Shown here piece after piece: positions 1 through 12,993 of a stretch of 64,000 nucleotides of DNA. A program made the position numbers and the translations under genes. A model generated the notes under the pieces. That model was not told the DNA's origin and searched no databases. It saw only the letters and a list, made by a program, of their open reading frames with translations. Each line of letters begins with the position of its first letter. The stretch's first letter is position 1. The DNA is from Mobula hypostoma (taxonomy: Eukaryota), in assembly GCF_963921235.1 (NCBI RefSeq), contig NC_086097.1:148182001-148246000 (forward strand). Reading direction: 5' to 3'.

Positions 1-63
1 GGGGCTCGAACTCACGACCTTCAGGTAGCTAGTCCAATGCCTTAACCACTTGGCCACGTGCCC
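1..63 (-). mobile_element. tRNA-derived SINE head (runs off window edge)
   Basis: Reverse complement GGGCACGTGGCCAAGTGGTTAAGGC...GGTCGTGAGTTCGAGCCCC has Pol III box A (TGGCCAAGTGG) and box B (GTTCGAGC). Confidence 0.7.
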
Positions 64-1100
64 ACAGTTCATCACTATGGTGCAGTAATTCCATGATGGC
101 ATAGCATGCATGTTCAGGTCAATGGTAAGACATCTGACCCCTTCCCTGTCTCAAACAGAGTCAAGTAGAGCTACGTCTTGCCACCATCACTATTCAGTCT
201 GGTGTTTTTCATAAGTTTTCTGATGCATGTACCATCTTTGGTCTTACCATCAACACCAAGATGACTAAAGTAAAGCTTCAACCAGCTCCAGGGAAATCAT
301 ATGTTGAGCCAAACATCACAATCAATGGTCAAAGACTCAATCCAGTGAACAGGTTCATGTATCTTGGTAATGTACTGTCCCAGAATAGCGTCATTGATGA
401 AGTAAATGCCAGGATCGTCAAAGCAAGTGTAGCCTTGGTCGACTTTATACCAACACCAGAAGAGGCACAAGTTCACAAATGAAGCTGAAGGTGTATAGGG
501 CCATAATACTAATCACTCCGCATTAGACCTGTGAAACATGGACAGTGTAGCAAGGGCATGCAAAGAAACTGAATCACTCCCACACATGACAATACAGAAT
601 CCCTGACATTGAGGTACCTACCAAGGTGGGTCTGACCAGTATCTACACCACCCTGATGCAGTCACACGTAGCTCGTATGCCAGACCATTGGCTGCCTAAG
701 AGACTGCTTTATGGCGAACTACAGAGAGGAAAGCATTCCCATGGAAATCAAAAGAAATTCTATAAAGAATCCCTGAAAACTTAACTAAACGCCTTTGGCA
801 TCAACCTAGATACATGGCAACATATCAGCTGGGATTGGGTTGTGTCACTCCTCCTCCCATAAGCGTGCAGTGACACATGAGACAAAGGACAATTGCAGCA
901 GAGAGACATAGGCAAGCTAGGAAAGTCTGAGCCAGCCAATACCTCCTTCCCCCAACCCATCATGGCTGCCATCTTTTGCCCATACTGTCAAAGAATCTTT
1001 TGGGTCTGTTTTGGCCTTTCCAGCCATTTGTGTGCACAGAGACCAGTCCGGTTCTACAAACTGCAGATGACTTGTGTGGTTCTCATCGTTGCACGATGAA
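64..1100 (+). mobile_element. Degraded RTE-clade LINE, RT C-terminal region
   Basis: GLTINTK..QPAPG..PNITING..FMYLG..IDEVNARIVKAS and a terminal CPYC..F..GLSSH knuckle are RTE-like; many stops and frameshifts. Confidence 0.75.
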
Positions 1101-1222
1101 CGAACCCTTAGTCTATGGTTAAAGGGCAAAAAAGAAAGCTTAGCTAAATCATACATAATGATTGATTTTCTTGTTCCATGAAATGTAAAAAGATAATGCC
1201 TGTGTTGACAACCTATACTCAC

Positions 1223-1257
1223 CGTGGCAGGGGCCTCTGTTTCTTCTTGGTTCAGCG
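1223..1257 (-). other. Candidate 35-nt host micro-exon
   Basis: Minus strand: ctgcctcggtttttttCAG | exon | GTGAGT; open frames LNQEETEAPAT or AEPRRNRGPCH; lies in non-repeat sequence; peptide not recognised. Confidence 0.3.
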
Positions 1258-2289
1258 CTGAAAAAAACCGAGGCAGTCAAGCAAAAAGCTTGTGAGGACA
1301 GACTATTGTCTGGCTTAGATGCAGGGTTTAAGTCAACCCATCCAAACATGAGAAAGCAACACGTATTCATATGTTGCATTATTCAGCAAACACAGGTTTT
1401 ATTGATTCTGAGAAGTGAATTGATTGATAACTGTTTCTCTATATGCTTATGTGGTTTAAAATGAGAAATACTTAATGGCTTATATTGACTTTGTTCTATC
1501 AAGTATTTTCTTGGTTGAATATAACTATTCCACCTAGAAGGACACGTTTACATATTCAGAGATAACATAGTATAGTCAGACCCAACAGGAAGATTTTCAT
1601 ACTGCCACAAGAGTTGCCAGTACAGGTACATCTAAATAAATACCTAAATCAGATAAACAAAAAACTTTATCACCCATACAGGCTTTAGGGTTAAAGACCA
1701 TAATGGACCTACAGTGCAATGATGCCCATTTCATTGGTATTTTAGTTCCAGTAAGTGATATCCAACTCCTTTCATAAATCTGATACTTCTGTATTCAACA
1801 GAATATTCCTTAAGTATAACATTCTTAAAATGAAGTTCTTCCATTTTTTTGTTTAAACCTGCTTCTCACACAATAACTTGATAGCTAGATTCTACTTAAT
1901 ACTTCCTTCAATTTTAAACAGCATTCTTAGAAAACACCACCAGAATCCTGGTGCCCAGTGGGAATTAGTGCCTGGTGGCCAGGCACTCAGAATGCATAAA
2001 ATGGATAATCCACTTACTCATGAGACTATACAACACGTACGAGTTGAATTTACATGGAATCCTTAACTTTTGCATTCCCAGACCATGGAGAACTCAGAAC
2101 GCAGAGTGATACATCTCATTAAAGTATTGGATAGCTATCCAAATATCTTGGCTTAAGTCATTTGCAGTGCGACTACTTTATGATTTAATGATCAGTCTCA
2201 CCCATCTACACTTCTCATTGTCTCAGGAAAGTAGCCAAAGTTGTTTAAGGCCCTCTCCCACTTTGACTATTCTCTCTTCTCCTATTCAG

Positions 2290-5200
2290 GATCAGAAGGT
2301 ATAGAATCATTGTGGGTAGAGCTAAGAAACTGTAAGAGTAAAAAGACCCTGATTGGATTTACATACAGAACCCCAAACGGTAGTAAAGATGTGGTCTACA
2401 AATAACAACAGGAGATAGAAAGTGCATGTGAAAACGGCAATGCTATGATAGTCATGGGGATTTCAATAAGCAGGTAGACTGGGAAAATCAAGCTGGTGCT
2501 GGGTCCCAAGAAGGGGAATTTCTAAAATGCCTACAAGATGGTTTTTTAGAGCAGCTTGTGGTTGAGCCCGTTAGGGGATCAGCTATTCTGGATTGGGTGG
2601 TGTGCAATGAACCAAAACTGATTAGTGAGCTTAAGGTAAAATAACTCTTAATATGATAGAATCACAAACAAGAGAAAATTTGCAGATGCTGGAAATCCAA
2701 GCAACACACACAGAATGCTGGAGTAACTCAGCAGGCCAGGCAGCATCTATGGAAAAGTGTACAGTCAACAATTTTGGCCAAGACCTTTGGCAGGACTGGA
2801 GGAAAAAAGATGACGACTAGATTTAAAAGGTGGGGAGAGGGGAGAGAGAAACACAAGGTGGTAGATTGAAACTTGAAGGGGGAGGGATGCAGTAAAGAGC
2901 TGGGAAGTTGACTGGTGAAAGAGAAGGGGGAGTCTGATAGAAGAGGACAGGGCATGGAAGAAAGAAATTGGGGGAGGAGCACCAGAGGGAGGAAAAGGGC
3001 GGCAAGGAGATAACGTGAGAGAGGGAAAAGGGAATGATGAGGGAGTGGGGGCATTACTGGAAGTTTGAGAAGTCGATGGTCATGCCATCAGGTTGGAGAC
3101 TACCTAGACGGAATATAAGCTATTGTTCCTCCAACCTAAGTGTGGCTTCTTCACGACAGTGGAGGAGGCCATGGATAGGCAGAGTGGAATGGGAATGGGA
3201 AGTGGAATTAAAATGGGTGGCCACTGGGAGATCCTGCTTTTTCTGGTGGACAGAACATAGGTGCTCAACGAAATGGTCTCCCAATCTACATTAGGTCTCA
3301 TCAATATACAGGAGGCCACACCGGGAGCACCGGACACAGTACATGACCCCAACAGACTCACAGGTGAAGTGTTGCCTCGCCTGGAAAGACTGTGTCGCTC
3401 CCTGAATAGCAGCGAGGGAGGAAGTGTAGGGATATGTGTAGCACTTGTTGTATTTGTAAGGATAAGCACCAGAAAGGAGATCAGTGGGGAGAGACGAATG
3501 GACAAAGCAGTTGTAGAATGAGCAATAGAATTCACCCTGCAATTTGAGAAGGAGAAGCAAAACTTTGATGTATCAGTATTACAGTGGAGTAAATGGACTT
3601 ACAGAGGCATAAAAGAAGAGCTGAGCAAAATTGATTGGAAGGGAACACTAGCAGGGATGACGGCAGAACAGCAATGGCTGAAATTTCTGGGAGCAATTGA
3701 GGAGGCACAGGACATATATATATATATATATTCCAAAGAAGAACAACTATTCTAAAGGCAGGATGATACAATTGTGGGTGACAAGAGAAGTCAAAGCTAA
3801 TATAAAAGCTGAAGAGTGGGCATATAATACAGCAAAAATTAGTGGGAAGTTAGAGGATTGGCAAGCTTTAAAAGAAAACAACAAAAAACAACTTAGAAAG
3901 TCATAAAAAAGGAAAAAATAGAAAGCAAAGGTAAGCTACCCTATAGAGGATATCAAAATTTTCTTCAGATATATAAAGTGTAAAAGAGACACAAGAGTAG
4001 ATATTGGACTTCTGAAAAATGATGCTAGAGAGGTAGTAATGGGGGACAAAGCAGATAAACAGAATAAGTATTTTGCATCAGCCTTCACTGTGGAAGACAC
4101 CTGTGGAATGCTGGAAGTTCGAGAGTGTCAGGGGACAGAACTGTATGAAGTTCCCATTACTATGTAGAAGGTTCTTGGAAAAAAGAAAGGACTGAAGGTA
4201 GATAAATCACCTGGACCAGATGTATACTCCCTAGGGTTGTGAAAAAGGTGGCTGAAGAGCTTGTGGAGGCATTAATAATGATCTTTCAAGAATCAATTGA
4301 TTCCGGCATGGTTCTGGAGGACTGGAAAATTGCAAATGTCACTCCACTCTTCAAGAAGGAAGAGAGACTGAAGAAAGGAAATTATAGGCCAGTTAGTCTG
4401 ACCTCAGTGGTTGGGAAGATATTGGAATTGATTGTAAGAGAATGCGGCTTCAAGGAACTTGGAGGCACATGATAAAACAGGCCATAGTCAGCACAGTTTC
4501 CTCAAGCAAAAATCTTGCCTGACAAATCGGCTGGAATTCTTTGAAGAAAATACAAGCAGCATCAACAAAGGAGACTTGGTGGATGATGTGTACTTGGATT
4601 TTCAGAAGGCCTTTGACAAAGTGTCACATGGGAGGCTGCTTAACAAGAACCTATGGTATTACAGAAAAGATACCAGAATGGATAGAACATTTACTGACTG
4701 GCACGGGGCAAAGAGTGGGAATAAATGGAGTTTTTTCTGGTTGGCTGCCAAGGACTAGTGGTGTTCCACGGGGGTCTGTGTTGGGACCACTTCTTTTTAT
4801 GTTATATGTCAATGATTTGGATGACGGAATTGATTGCTCTGTTGTCCACTTTGGAGATGATATGAAGATAAGTTGGGTGCAGGTAGTTTTGTGGAAGTAG
4901 AGAGACTATAGAAGAACTTAGACAGATTAGAAGAATCCTCATGCAGGATTCCCAAAAGATTAATTTGCAGTTTGAGTCTGTGGTGAGGAAGGCAAATGCA
5001 ATATTAGCATTCATTTTGAGAGGACTAGAATATAAAAGCGAAGGTGTAATGTTGAAATTTTATAAAGCACTGGTGAGGCCTCACTTGGAGTATTGTGAGC
5101 AGGCTTGGGCCCTTTATCTAGGAAACGATGTGCTGAAACTGGAAAGGTTTCAAAGGAAGTTCACAAAAATGATTCCATAATTGAAATGCTTGTCATATGA

Positions 5201-5620
5201 GGAACATTTGATGGGGTTTAGGCCTCTACTCACTATTCAGAAGAATGGGGGGGTGTTACCTCATTGAAATCTATCGAATGTTGAAAGGCCTTGATAGAGT
5301 GGATGGGAGAGTCTAAGACCAGAGGACACAGCCTCAGAATAGAGGGATGTCCTTTTAGAATGGTGATGAGGAGGAATTTCTTTAGCCTGGCAGTGGTATA
5401 TATATATATATGGAATCCGTTGCCACGGGTAGCTGTGGAGGCCAAGTCATTGGCTATATTTAAGTCAGAGGTTGATAACTTGTTGATTAGTCAGGGCATG
5501 AAAACAAGGGAGAAGGCAGGGAATTAGGGCTAAGAGAGAAAATGAATCAGCTGTGATGAAATGGTGGAGCAGACTCGATGTGCCAAATGGCTTAATTCTG
5601 CTCCTAAATCTTATGGTCTT
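2290..5620 (+). mobile_element. 5'-truncated CR1 LINE ORF2 (APE end + RT), decayed, split by a Penelope insertion
   Basis: WKIANVTPLFKK, NYRPVSLTSVVGK, YLDFQKAFDKV, GVPRGSVLGPLLF, YKALVRPHLEYC; CR1 3' tail ..ctgctcctaaatcttatgg. Confidence 0.92.
2663..3524 (-). mobile_element. Penelope-like element 3' fragment (GIY-YIG region + tail)
   Basis: GVMYCVRCSRCGLLYIDET GIY-YIG motif; similar to 57278-58560; 7-bp duplication ATAGAAT at 2656-2662 and 3525-3531 within the CR1. Confidence 0.9.
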
Positions 5621-5624
5621 AGGG

Positions 5625-5940
5625 TCTTCTCCATCAGGGATAAAATACAAAAGCCAGAAAGCATGATCCACCTTGCTCAAGAGCAGCTTTATTCTGCTTT
5701 TATAATGGATCTCTTATATGATCTGATATGATGGATCACAGTCTACCTGGTCATGGCTTCACCTTATTGCCTGCCTGCAATGTACTTCCTCTGTAACAAT
5801 TACATGAGTATATTATGTATTCTGTTATTGCTTTTGCTTTGTACTACCTCAATGTACTAACGTGTTGAAATTATCTGAATGGATGGCATGTTAAACAATA
5901 TTTGACACTGTAGCTCTGTACATGAAAAGAATAAACCAAT
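5625..5940 (+). mobile_element. Rex1/Babar-type LINE 3' tail fragment
   Basis: ccatcaggga..tacaaaagc..aagagcagc and tail ..tacatga..aataaacc resemble the other Rex tails in the window. Confidence 0.55.
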
Positions 5941-7912
5941 TTATGAGAATAGTATTGGACCTGAAAATTTGTCTATCTGTAGAGACTTAGGATAAAGGAA
6001 TTATGTAATATGTAATCGATGTTGAGGTTTTGGAACTGTACAATCTTTGTTGATTACCTTTTAGGGGATGAAGAATTACTTACGCTTTTAAGATTGAAAG
6101 AGATAGGTAGTTGTCCAATAAGCTGGGGTTTATGTGGTTTATGGAAGGAAGCAAATTGATGGGGCTTCTCATATTCTCTCATGCCTAATCTAAATGTCAG
6201 CTATCTCATACCTGGAGTGTCTAACCCAAGGCTCATGGCTTTTGGAACCCTGCCAATTTGATCTTTATTTGGACAAATTAGTGATTTCTGTTTGAATGTT
6301 GATTCTTGTGCCTTATGGGCTATATAACAGAGGAAAGTATTTTGGTACATCTGTATTTTTTGTATCATTGTTAGATAGGTCTTCAAGCACGCCAAGATAT
6401 GTTAGTGAAAACAACTTGAGACAGGTGCTAGTTAATGGGAACCTCGCTCCAAATAATATGTTACCCACTTAATACTCCAGGGCATTCAACTACAAACCCA
6501 GAAGTTGTAGCATGTCCTAAGCTATGTCATTCCCTATTATCTGTGCATGTCTCTCACTATCATGCAAGAATTTCTCTGTTTCTCCTTTCCAGACACCTAT
6601 TAAGCCTCTTTCTGCTTGCAATGTTGAACAGTGATTTGAGGTGAAGAAAAACTGCAGAGCTATTTGGCATCGAGGCAGTTTGCATCAAGGGATTTGAGTT
6701 GCTCAGGCAGTTTATTTGATAATCTCACTCTTCTGCTTGATTTCAAGAGTCAAAGGGTCGCGTCCATTGGGTGGAATGTTTGTATTACACTAGCTGCAGG
6801 TGAAGTGTTGGACTGAACTGAACTTGTCACCAGAGATGCACATACAATATACATCATACAGCACAACTACATTAGGCTATGACCTGAGGGGATTCATCAC
6901 ACACGCTTTATTCTTTCTTCGTAAGGAAAGCTAACTTAAAGGAAATTCTTCAGGTCTCAGCCTGTCTTTAGGGTCTTTGTGAATGCAGAAAATGATGAAG
7001 ATGTTGGCACTGTACAAAGATGCATCACACTCTCACTAATGTAATATAAGTGCAAGAACCAGTGACTGATGCTGACATTGGCACTTAGAGGGTCTAGTCA
7101 GGAGGTTCTAACAACATAAGGAGAAGCCCCTCCTTCCATCACTTCTGCCCCTAAAGGAGTTCTGCTGCTAATGGAATCTTAGCTGCTCTCTGGAGAAAAG
7201 GAAATTCTGACAATGGCATGCAGCAGCCAGTATCTCTTCTGTTAAGATCAAGAATCAGTGAGGAAGACATTGAAAGGACTGACAAAACAGTGAAGGACAG
7301 GGCCTTCAATGATTTAGAAAGTCAAGACAAGGAAAGGTAAGGGCAGAGGTAACTGCACAGTAATGAAGCAAACAGGGAAAAGGGAAATCTGGTAGCAGAA
7401 GGTTTGGCTAGGTTTTTCAGAGGAAATTAGAAAAAAGAGCCATGAATTATGCTTTTAAAAAGCAGGAGGAGGAAGTGATCTGATAAGGTAAAGAGGCAGA
7501 GTGGCTGGAAACCAAGGAAAGAAGGAAAGACTCTTTGGTTACATGAAGTGGGGAGGGGTAGAACCAACATGGACCCCACTTATTGGTGGAAGTGAGGTGG
7601 GTGGGAGCAGGGGATTCTTTTAGGAAGTGTACCGGCATTAATTGTGAAGTTAGAAACAATTTTAACTGAGAGTAATTGGAGGATGAGGGCAATTATGAAT
7701 TGGCTAAGTGGGCAGAGATTAGATTTAATTTAGGGAGTGGGAAGAACAAGGAGTTAAAAGAACTGCAATGTTTACATAGAATATAAAAAATAATGTCACT
7801 GGAAAGCTCAGCTCAAACATCAGCTTCCAGGAAACTCCATGTTAAGTATCTGAGATTTTCCTTTAGACTTAGATATTCTTTTTTCTTTAATCTCCACAGC
7901 TGAAATAATTAG

Positions 7913-10080
7913 AGAGCAACTGGCCAATGTTGACTGGAAAGGGACACTAGCAGGTAGGATGGCAGAGCAGCAGTGGCTGGAGTTTATGCGAGAAGTGAGG
8001 AAGGTGCAAGACAGATATGTTCCAAAAAAGAAGAAATTTTCGAATGGAAAATTTGAATGGATGCAACCGTGGCTGACAAGAGAAGTCAAAGCCAAAGTTA
8101 AAGCAAAGGAGAGGGCATACAAGGAAGCAAAAACTAGTGGGAAGACAGAGGATTGGGAAGTTTTTAAAAGCTTACAAAAGGAAACTAAGAAGGTCATTAA
8201 GAGGGAAAAGATGAACTATGAAAGGAAGCTAGCAAATAATATGAAAGAGGATACTAAAAGCTTTCTCAAGTATATAAAGAGTAAAAGGACAGGTGAGAGT
8301 AGATATAGGACTGATAGAAAATGATGCTGGAGAAATTGTAATGGGAGATAAGGAGATGGCGGAGGAACTGAACGAGTATTTTGCATCAGTCTTCACTGAG
8401 GAAGACATCAGCAGTATACCGGACACTCAAGGTGGCAGGGAAGAGAAGTGTGCGCAGTCACAAGTATGACAGAGAAAGTACTCAGGAAGCTGAATAGTTT
8501 AAAGGTAGAAAAAATCTCCAAGACCAGATGGAATGCACCCTCATGTTCTGAAGGAAGTAGCTGTGGAGATTGCGGAGGCATTAGCGATGATCTTTCAAAA
8601 GTCGATAGATTCTGGCATGGTTCCGGAGGACTGGAAGATTGCAAATGTCACTCCGCTATTTAAGAAGGGGGCAAGGAAGCAAAAAGGAAATTATAGACCT
8701 GTTAGCTTGACATCGGTGGTTGGGAAGTTGTTAGAGTCGATTGTCAAGGATGAGGTTACGGAGTACCTGGAGGCATATGACAAGATAGGCAGAACGCTGC
8801 ATGGTTTCCTTAAAGGAAAATCCTGTCTGACAAACCTATTACAATTTTTTGAGGGAATTACAAGTAGGCTGGACAAGGGAGATGCAGTGGATGCTGTATA
8901 TTTGGATTTTCAGAAGGTGTTTGACAAGGTGCCACACATGAGGCTACTTAACAAGATAAGAGCCCATGGAATTACAGGAAAGTTACATACGTGCATAGAG
9001 CGTTGGCTGATTGGCAGGAAACAGAGAATGGGAATAAAGGGATCCTATTCTGGTTGGCTGCTGGTTACCAGTGGTGTTCCACTGTTCTGGGGCTGCTTCT
9101 TTTTACATTGTACATCAACGATTTGGATTATGGAACAGATGGCTTTGTGGCTAAGTTTGCTGATGATACGAAGATAGATGGAGGGGCCAGTAGTGCTGAG
9201 AAAACAGAGAGTCTGCAGAGAGACTTGGATAGATTGGAAGAATGGGCAAAGAAGTGGCAAATGAAATACAATGTTGGAAAGTGTATGGTTATGCACTTTG
9301 GCAGAAGAAATAAACGGGCAGACTATTATTTAAATGGGGAGAGAATTCAAAACTCTGAGATGCAACAGGACTTGGAAGTCCTTGTGCAGGATACCCTTAA
9401 GGTTAACCTTCAGATTGAGTTGGTGGTGAAGAAGGCGAATGCAATATTGGCATTCATTGCTAGAGGAATAGAGTATAGGAGCAGGGATGTGATGTTTAGG
9501 CTCTATAAGGTGCTGGTGAGACCTCACTTGGAGTACTGTGGGCAGTTTTGGTCTCCTTATTTAAGAAAGGACGTGCTGACGTTGGAGAGGTTACAGAGAA
9601 GATTAACTAGAATGATTCCAGGAATGAGAGGGTTAACATATGAGGAACGTTTGTCCGCTCTTGGACTATATTCCTTGGAGTTTAGAAGAATGAGGGGGGA
9701 CCTCATAGAAACATTTCGAATGTTGAAAGGCATGAACAGAGTGGATGTAGCAAAGTTGTTTCCCATGATGGGGGAGTCTAGTATGAGAGAGCATGACTTA
9801 AAGATTAAAGGGTGCCCATTCAGACAGAAATGCGAAGAAATTTTTTTAGCCAGAGGGTGGTGAATCTATGGAATTTGTTGCCACGGGCGACAGTGGAGGC
9901 CAAGTCCTTGGGTGTATTGAAGGCAGAGATTTATAGGTATCTGAGTAGCCAGGCCATCAAGGGTTATGGTGAGAAGGCAGGGGAGTGGGACTAAGTGGGA
10001 GAATGGATCAGCTCATGATCAAATGGCAGAGCAGACTCGATAGGCTGAATCGCTGACTTCTGCTCCTTTGTCTTATGGTC
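7913..10080 (+). mobile_element. 5'-truncated CR1 LINE (RT), inserted at the left terminus of Academ copy 1
   Basis: ORFs 7959-8324, 8533-9177 and 8991-9863 carry the RT motifs including KFADDTK; 3' tail ..tgctcctttgtcttatggtc abuts the Academ TAG terminus. Confidence 0.95.
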
Positions 10081-12888
10081 TAGTCCATGAGCCAGGACCC
10101 CAAATTTGGGCCACTGGTATCATCTGGGGGGAATAATTCTTATAGCGATTTTTGGCAAAGTATACACCCCTAGTGCTAGAAAATATGTTATAGTATTGCT
10201 GTGGTGGTAGCTTTCTGTGAGGGGGACTGGGAGTTGTACCTCCATGCTATAAGAACCATGATCCCATGGTGCTTTGCCTATGATAAGATGAATTATTCCA
10301 GGTACCTGTACCCTTACTTTGCTCAGATGATGAACCTCCTAGAGAAGAATCCTTCTGTGTATGAGGCCTTCAAGACAGGCCTATTCTCAGTGCAGCTGTC
10401 AAGTAACAACCCCTTTGGGCAGATCCCTGTGGACCAGGCTATTGAAGCCACAGTGAACAATGACACACAGACTCCTGGAGGCACATCACAGTTCAGCCTG
10501 AATGCTGGGGCTATCAAGTGTTACTACATAACAGCTGAGCACCGCAGTGCCTTCCTGGGACAGTTAAGGGAGATGGTGCAAGGCAACAAATCAGAGCTTT
10601 GTCATGCGGAGCTACAGCGGCCAAGAATCCAGAAAGATGAGGAAGCAGTTTCAGCAGTGGTTAGCCCCATACATGAATGGGTCAACCCATTTGCAGAGAA
10701 GCAGGACCTCATCAGCTTTTCTACGGCAAAGGCAGTACCCAAGGACATTGCCTCCGACCTGATGAAGGCATGTAAGATTGATGAGCAATGCTATGCAACT
10801 TTCAAGGATGGGAGACTGGAGGAAGACCCACCAGCAAAGAAATTCCATGACCCAATGAAAACCAACAAGCTGAAAACATTCAGTGATACGTGTAAGAAGA
10901 CAGGTGAAATCAAATGGGAGGGCAATCTTCTTGAAAGCACACAGGTCTTTGTTTGGATGCATCATAGTGATGGCACAAAGGCGTGGTCTACGTATGGAGG
11001 ATATCCTTTCTCATCCCCTTGGACCATTGCCCTGAGCCCTGTCCAAACCAGAAGGTTTGCTGAGAAAGACAAATAAAGCTACTTTAGCCACAACCTTGCA
11101 GAAAAATGTAGAAGTAGAAGAGCAACTCCCAGGAAACTCTGCTACATGCTACGTGGTTGATGGAATGAACTTGGTCCAAAGAGTGAAAGGTGATCAAGTT
11201 ACTTACAGAGATGTTGCCACAACAGTTCTGGGTATGGCTCTAAGGGAAGGCAGTCAGAGTAGCAGAATAGATGTTGTGTTCGACACATACAAGGAGAACT
11301 CTATCAAGAATAGTGAAAGATCTCTATGGGGTGAAGAGACTGGTCATGAGTTACAAGTTATCACAGGCACACAGATGGTGAGGCAGTGGAGGAGCTTCTT
11401 GACCAAAGTCAGTAACAAAAATAGTCTCATTAGCTTCATAGTCCATGAATGGAGGAAGGCGGAGTACAGAGCAAAGCTAGTGGAGAAAATTCTGTAAGCA
11501 ACTGTGAATGACAAGTGTTACAGAATCACATCTCAAGACAGTGAGGAGGTGTCAGCTCTTCAGTGTCAACAAGAAGAAGCAGATGGCCGCCTACTTCTCC
11601 ATGCTGCCCTCGCCACAAGAGAAGGATACCAATCTGTAGTGATTTGCTCAGAAGACACAGATGTCTTTATCATGTCTTTAGCATTTGTGACAAGATTGAA
11701 GCCCCATTGTTCCAGAAGTGTGGCATTGGAACCCGTACAAGGCGTGTAGACATCAGGAAGGTTGCTGCCACTGTTGGCATAGAGGTTTGTAGGGCTCTCA
11801 TTGGGTTGCACGCATATACAGGATGTGACACTGTAAGCGCTTTTGCAGGCAGAGGGAAGACAAGTGCCCTAAAACTTCTGACCAGCAACAGGGAAACTCA
11901 GGACACATTCTTAGAGCTTGGTCAGGAATGGGACCTGTCCTCAAAACTGATGGACAAACTGGAAGCATTTACATGTCTCCTGTATGCCCCAAAAAGCATC
12001 GACCACCAAAGTCAACGAGCTCAGGTATCCCCTTTTCTGTGCCAAAAAAGATGAAATCAAAAGTCATCAACTCCCATCTTGCAAGGACTGCTTAACAAAA
12101 CAAGCACAGCGAGCCAGCTACCAGGCTGGTATATGGAAAAGATGCTTGGAGAAGGACCAAGTGCCAAGCCCTGTTGGCAGAGGATGGAAGGTGAGAGAGA
12201 AGAGGAAGCTGAACAATTGGTGGTGCACTGGATGGAAGGCCAGCCAGCTGCCGTCCTGGATCTACTGGTCTGTAACTGTTCAAAATAATGTTCACTCGCA
12301 AGGTGTATGTGTGTTGCAAATGGCCTCAGATGTACAGACGTGTGTAGTCTGGCAGACTGTGAGAACCAGGCATCCACCTCAGAGTGCGGAAAGTTCAGAT
12401 GAAGGTGTGGAAGATGTGGAAGACTTGGAAAATTATTATGATTATTAATAGGTTATGAAAGTATGGAAAGCAGTCTTTGATTAAATATATTCATTTTACA
12501 ACCAAATGAGGCCTAGGTTATGGTCGTGTGAAACCCCACCTTTGAATTATTGTACTGTAATTCAATGTGCTATGACAAAAGCTTAAGATTGTTTTGATTT
12601 GATACAACAATATGGAAAAAAATCATGACATTGAAAAAGCTCCAGGAATCTCTCCAAATGAGTTTTTTTTTTACCTTTTGGGGGGTGAGGTAACATTTTC
12701 TGCTGTACTGATGTTAATATGGAACATATACAAAAAGTGATTACAGTACTTCTTTGAAGTAATAAAGCTACCACTGGTGTAATGCTATCACATATTTTCT
12801 AACTTTAGAGATGTATACCTTGCCAAAAATCACTATGAGCATTATTCCCCTCAGATGGTATCGACCAACCCTACTGGCTCACGGACTA
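10081..12888 (+). mobile_element. Academ (AcademX-type) DNA transposon, copy 1, retains 3' half of coding region
   Basis: TAG...CTA termini; about 125-135 bp imperfect TIRs (10081-10214 / 12765-12888); inferred 3-bp TSD AAT (7907-7909, displaced by the CR1, and 12889-12891); encodes transposase C-half, XPG-like nuclease and Cys-rich tail. Confidence 0.85.
10218..12448 (+). pseudogene. Academ polyprotein C-terminal half (transposase end, XPG/FEN1-like nuclease, Cys-rich CXC-like finger), frameshifted
   Basis: PWCFAYDKMNY, DQAIEATVN; nuclease acidic motifs VVDG, VVFD, EEAD, SEDTDVF and H3TH-like TGCDTVSAFAGRGK; terminal CNC..C..C.C....RCTDVC...C; broken across several ORFs. Confidence 0.85.
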
Positions 12889-12993
12889 AATGTGGTTATA
12901 CTTGCAGCTTAAGACATAAAACTAGTACGTTAACCCACATTCTTGTAAAATTCAACCCATTTTTCCACTCTCTGCTCACTCTATGCAGGAGCA

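Noticed and set aside
1..63. Functional tRNA gene
   Set aside because: Truncated by the window edge, no verifiable acceptor stem, repeat context; SINE head more likely
11057..12054. Host XPG/FEN1/EXO1 gene
   Set aside because: Intronless, frameshifted and enclosed by transposon TIRs
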